Of a DNA stretch of 64,000 nt, positions 60,515 through 64,000 are shown one piece after another. A model generated the notes under the pieces. It had not been told where the DNA came from. It saw only the letters and a list, made by a program, of their open reading frames with translations, and ran no database searches. Position 1 is the stretch's first letter, and every line of letters starts with the position of its first letter. Both the position numbers and the translations under genes were made by a program. The DNA is from Porticoccaceae bacterium (lineage in GTDB: Bacteria; Pseudomonadota; Gammaproteobacteria; Pseudomonadales; Porticoccaceae). The stretch covers positions 16,566-80,565 of the forward strand of contig JBFJYH010000002.1 in NCBI GenBank assembly GCA_041622675.1, written 5' to 3'.

Positions 60515-61252
60515 ATGGATATCCTCACCCTGCTCGGCGTCATCTTTGCTTTTGCCGCCATTATCGGTGGCAATGCTCTCGAAGGCGGGCACCTTGACTC
60601 GTTACTACAGCTCACCGCCTTTCTAATTGTCTTTGGCGGCACCCTCGGTGCGATCATGGTACAGACCCCTATTAGAGTATTTGTTCACAGTATTAAAATG
60701 TTGCGCTGGATTTTTATCCCCCCCAAACTAGATCCCGCAACTGCGCTGCAAAAAATTATTGAGTGGAGTCAAATTGCCCGTAAGGAGGGTCTCCTTGGCT
60801 TGGAGAGTATTTCTGAAGAAGAAAGCGAACCCTTCACCCAAAAGTGCCTGCAACTCCTTATCGATGGCAACGAGCCCGAATCCATCCGCAGTACCATGGA
60901 AGTTGAGATTTCAACCAGAGAAGCTCTCGATATTAAAGGTGCAAAAGTCTATGAAGGTATGGGGGGTTACAGCCCCACCATCGGTATTATCGGTGCAGTA
61001 CTGGGTCTCATTCATGTCATGAACAACCTGGCCGACCCTTCCACCTTGGGCCCGGGTATCGCCGTTGCCTTTGTCGCGACTATTTACGGTGTTGGCATGG
61101 CCAACCTCTTTTTACTACCTGCCGCTAATAAGTTAAAAACCCTGATCAGCGACCGCTGTCATATTCAGGAAATGATTGTGGAAGGTGTTGTCGCTATTGC
61201 AGAAGGCGAGAACCACCGCAATATTGAAGCAAAATTGCGCGGCTATTTTTAG
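60515..61252 (+). CDS. motA: Flagellar stator protein MotA/PomA family
   Basis: The 245-aa product has four TM helices and the conserved C-terminal channel region (TIGIIGAVLGLI...FVATIYGVGMANL). Confidence 0.85.
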   Translation: MDILTLLGVIFAFAAIIGGNALEGGHLDSLLQLTAFLIVFGGTLGAIMVQTPIRVFVHSIKMLRWIFIPPKLDPATALQKIIEWSQIARKEGLLGLESISEEESEPFTQKCLQLLIDGNEPESIRSTMEVEISTREALDIKGAKVYEGMGGYSPTIGIIGAVLGLIHVMNNLADPSTLGPGIAVAFVATIYGVGMANLFLLPAANKLKTLISDRCHIQEMIVEGVVAIAEGENHRNIEAKLRGYF

Positions 61253-61262
61253 CTCGTTAATT

Positions 61263-62069
61263 ATGGCCAGGAAACGGGAAACTCAAGAGCATGAAAACCA
61301 CGAACGTTGGCTAGTTTCCTACGCTGACTTTATCACCCTCTTATTTGCTTTCTTTGTCGTCATGTATTCTATTTCTTCCGTTAATGAAGGGAAATTTCGC
61401 GTCCTCTCACACTCCCTTGTGGCTTCTTTTACCAGTCAAAGTCGATCCATCGAGCCTGTACAGTTTGGCACGGCAAGCACGTCTTTTCCCCTTGCCCCAA
61501 CACCCTTAACCCGCACTCCAATAAAGCTCGATCTACCCCAGTCGATAAGCCAAGACCCTATAAAAGTCGAGCCACCCCAGACAAAGAAAAAATATCCAGA
61601 AATGGATGAGCTTGGGCAAAAAATCAATGACGCATTAAAAGCCCTGCTTGAAACAGAGCTCGTTTCAGTGCGCAAATCAGACAACTGGCTAGAAATAGAA
61701 ATCAACAGTAAGGTTTTATTTGCCAGTGGTAGTAGCAATCTATCACCTAGCGCCAGACCCTTATTGCGCGGTTTGAGTAATGTATTGAAAACTCGCAGTA
61801 ACAAAATTCACGTCGAAGGTTTCACCGACAATTTGCCCATCAAAAATAGTATTTATCCCTCCAACTGGGAGCTATCGGCGGCGCGCGCAGCCACCGTCGT
61901 GCGGCTTTTTTCCAGCTATGGAGTGACGCCAAAAAACTTGGCGTCGATTGGTTACGGCGAATTCCAACCCAAAGTCCCCAACGACACGCCCACTGGGCGG
62001 GCTACCAACCGAAGGGTTGTCATTGTCGTTATCGCCGCTGGCTTTGATCCTCGTTTAAGAAATCGCTAA
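61263..62069 (+). CDS. motB: Flagellar stator protein MotB family (OmpA-like C-terminal domain)
   Basis: The N-terminal plug/TM region is WLVSYADFITLLFAFFVVMY with the conserved Asp. The C-terminal OmpA-like domain reads NWELSAARA...NRRV. Confidence 0.85.
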   Translation: MARKRETQEHENHERWLVSYADFITLLFAFFVVMYSISSVNEGKFRVLSHSLVASFTSQSRSIEPVQFGTASTSFPLAPTPLTRTPIKLDLPQSISQDPIKVEPPQTKKKYPEMDELGQKINDALKALLETELVSVRKSDNWLEIEINSKVLFASGSSNLSPSARPLLRGLSNVLKTRSNKIHVEGFTDNLPIKNSIYPSNWELSAARAATVVRLFSSYGVTPKNLASIGYGEFQPKVPNDTPTGRATNRRVVIVVIAAGFDPRLRNR

Positions 62070-62126
62070 CGTGGTGGTTATTCATCATTGATACGCTCCA
62101 ATCACAATGACTGACAGGAGGAACCC

Positions 62127-62297
62127 ATGGCTAACGAAATCACCCCCCCTGGCATTGCACGCCCCCTGCGTATACCCGCAAGTCAATCGGTTAAAGACAA
62201 ACAAAAAGCCATTCCCGTCCCCACAAAAAAACAAACCCCAAAGAAAAAGAAAAAACCTGATGATGACTCTCAGGTACATATTGATGAATACATTTAA
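62127..62297 (+). CDS. Small lysine-rich hypothetical protein of 56 aa, below the ORF-track cutoff
   Basis: The ATG lies 5 nt after a strong RBS, CAGGAGGA. The translation is MANEITPPGIARPLRIPASQSVKDKQKAIPVPTKKQTPKKKKKPDDDSQVHIDEYI. It lies in the motB-fliK convergent gap. Confidence 0.45.
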   Translation: MANEITPPGIARPLRIPASQSVKDKQKAIPVPTKKQTPKKKKKPDDDSQVHIDEYI

Positions 62298-62382
62298 ACT
62301 CGTCGATTTACTTCGACAGCGCAGTGCGAGTAAGCACCTAGAGCCATTGCCCTAACAACCTAGAGCGGTGAATCCGCGCGTT

Positions 62383-63654
62383 TTAAATATAGTAATCAAT
62401 AAGACCTTTACTTGCGGCCGCCTCCCCCGGCATCAGTCCTTGTTCTATTTCTAAAGCCATTGACTCACCGCCAGTACCGCCAGATAACGGCCCATCAGCA
62501 CCGGCTAGCTGCTCTCGTTCTCGCTGTAGACTTTGATCGGAAACATCGGCATTAGCGAGCTGCATACCACTATCGGCAAACATTTCACGCAGCCGTGGGA
62601 GAGCCGCCTCCAGTGCCTCTCGAGCAGCCGGATTGGCGGCAAAAAAGGTTACATTTGTCCGCTCGCCCTCGGTGGCGAGCTTAACCTCAACACTACCCAG
62701 CTCAGCCGGATTGAGACGCAATTCAAACCCCGAATTATTTTGCCCGACCATCCAGCGAATCCGATTGCCGACTTCAGCATCCCAACCCGGGTGCCCCGTA
62801 GGGGTTTGCAAGGTAAAAAAGCGCGGCGTTGGTGTCTCATGCGTCGCACTGTATTTTGCCGATTCAGTGCCGAGCGCGGATAACGTTGAGCTCATATTTG
62901 TAAGATTCAAGCTCTGGGGTACAGATTCTGCTCTATCAGCCATCGTATAGAGCGTTAATCCTGAGCTGCCTTGCTCTGACTTGCCAGCCATGGCCGCCAT
63001 AATATTTTGTCGCACCTGCTCAAAGCCTTCTTTCGACCCAATGCCATGGGGCAGCGCTTCAGCGACCACTTGTGCGGCCGGCCTCTTAATAAGCGCGTTA
63101 GCTGGCAAACCCTCTTGTAGTGGCTTTATGACGTTTCCAGACAAACGATCGATACTAGGGCTATTTTCCTGCGCAAGGTCTAGCCGGGTAGGTGTCTCGC
63201 CATTTTTCGTTGAACCCATTAATAGGGGACTTAAGACTCCAATCTCAACACTATTAGGCACTTCCCCCTCTAGTGCTATTTGCTGGGCTGGTGCTGACAG
63301 AGTTTCACTTTGAGCCGGTAGCAATTTTGCGCTATCACTCTCTACTGCAACCGGCAAAAACGTGTCTTCAAGCGGCGACTCATTGCCGCCTTCCACAGGT
63401 GTCTGAGGATCTACGGAAGAGCCATTGGCATCGTCATTAGCATCTACGTCACCGGTGCCACTCATTTTATCGACGACTTTGTCTTGGGCCTCTCCAGGCC
63501 TACCTGAATCGCCACGCGTCTCGGCCTCCAGGTGATTCGAAAAAGTTTTCTCTCTGTCCGCCTTGTCTAAAGGGTCAGAAGAACTTGACGACGACCTAGC
63601 GGCAGGCTGTTGCGGGCTCTGACTGGCTAGAGCAACTTGAACGGATAAAGGCAT
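62383..63654 (-). CDS. fliK: Flagellar hook-length control protein FliK
   Basis: It has a low-complexity Ser/Pro/Gln-rich N-terminal region. The conserved C-terminal Flg_hook domain reads LRLNPAELGSVEVKL...FFAANPAAREALE..LPRLREMF. Confidence 0.85.
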   Translation of the reverse strand: MPLSVQVALASQSPQQPAARSSSSSSDPLDKADREKTFSNHLEAETRGDSGRPGEAQDKVVDKMSGTGDVDANDDANGSSVDPQTPVEGGNESPLEDTFLPVAVESDSAKLLPAQSETLSAPAQQIALEGEVPNSVEIGVLSPLLMGSTKNGETPTRLDLAQENSPSIDRLSGNVIKPLQEGLPANALIKRPAAQVVAEALPHGIGSKEGFEQVRQNIMAAMAGKSEQGSSGLTLYTMADRAESVPQSLNLTNMSSTLSALGTESAKYSATHETPTPRFFTLQTPTGHPGWDAEVGNRIRWMVGQNNSGFELRLNPAELGSVEVKLATEGERTNVTFFAANPAAREALEAALPRLREMFADSGMQLANADVSDQSLQREREQLAGADGPLSGGTGGESMALEIEQGLMPGEAAASKGLIDYYI

Positions 63655-63785
63655 TAGAACCTCTCATGTGATCTTGCGGTGCTAATAAGAGTAGAGATCG
63701 CTGCCTAAACATTAACTATTGAACGATTAGTCACAAGGGTCTGCGTCTCGTCAATTACTTTCCAGTTATCTACTGATCAAGTAAG

Positions 63786-63801
63786 AGCAAAACGCGGGCC
63801 A
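63786..63801 (-). promoter_or_regulatory. Sigma54 (-24/-12) promoter upstream of fliK
   Basis: The minus strand reads TGGCCCgcgttTTGCT with canonical spacing. It lies about 130 nt upstream of the fliK start. Confidence 0.6.
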
Positions 63802-63887
63802 ATTTTGTACTGCCTTGCTATAGAAAAGAGTTATTGAAGAGGGATAACTGGGAATCACCATTGCAACGGCTCCACCTAGCGAGACCT

Positions 63888-64000
63888 TTAGTCCCAGCCA
63901 TTTTTTCCCGTAAAACCTGAGCGTTCATCTTGTTCTTTTTGTTCACGCTTATTGCGTTGCAGCAACTGCTCTTTTTGCACCTGCTCTAGGGCCTGAGACA
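63888..64000 (-). CDS. fliJ: Flagellar export chaperone FliJ, C-terminal fragment truncated by the window edge
   Basis: The minus-frame translation is ...SQALEQVQKEQLLQRNKREQKEQDERSGFTGKNGWD*. It resembles the charged coiled-coil C-terminus of FliJ. It lies immediately upstream of fliK. Confidence 0.5.
   Translation of the reverse strand, partial: SQALEQVQKEQLLQRNKREQKEQDERSGFTGKNGWD

Overview
The window looks like core chromosome from a polar-flagellated gammaproteobacterium, with gene order resembling Pseudomonas, Cellvibrionales and Oceanospirillales. I see no integrase, transposase, phage gene, CRISPR array or recognisable defence system.

Gene content, left to right:
- AT-rich leader holding two paralogous sRNA-like units.
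- pcnB, folK, a deoxynucleoside kinase and panB.
- A BigR/SqrR-type sulfide/persulfide module: ArsR-family repressor, rhodanese, MBL-fold persulfide-dioxygenase-like enzyme and two YeeE/YedE half-proteins.
- A ketone/ester oxidation-type cluster: alpha/beta hydrolase, type I Baeyer-Villiger monooxygenase (BVMO), aldehyde dehydrogenase, Zn-alcohol dehydrogenase, and a convergent ThDP acetolactate-synthase-like enzyme.
- A VOC protein, an orphan membrane protein and SCO1/SenC.
- A ybhGFSR-like efflux operon (HlyD adaptor, twin-ATPase, two ABC-2 permeases) and an MsbA-like ABC exporter.
- An unknown protein paired with an APH-fold kinase, then a CigR-like protein, FklB, an SDR and a MAPEG protein.
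- Biotin acyl-CoA carboxylase beta and alpha subunits plus an acyl-CoA dehydrogenase.
- The conserved hemA-prfA-prmC block and the TPR-lolB-ispE-tRNA-Gln-prs-rplY-pth-ychF block.
- A DMT transporter, tRNA-Met and a DUF4124-like protein.
- A polar flagellar block, fliLMNOPQR-flhBAFG-fliA-motAB, facing convergent fliK and a partial fliJ.

I could not identify a convincing new multi-gene system. The items worth a second look are small:
- Tandem sRNA candidates.
- A 10-copy G-rich heptanucleotide tract.
- A roughly 770 bp stretch with no ORF of 60 aa or more.
- An unannotated 56-aa lysine-rich ORF with a strong RBS inside the flagellar locus.
- Operator-like repeats.
- A kinase paired with an unknown protein.

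All functional calls come from motif and family recognition by eye. No database search was run.
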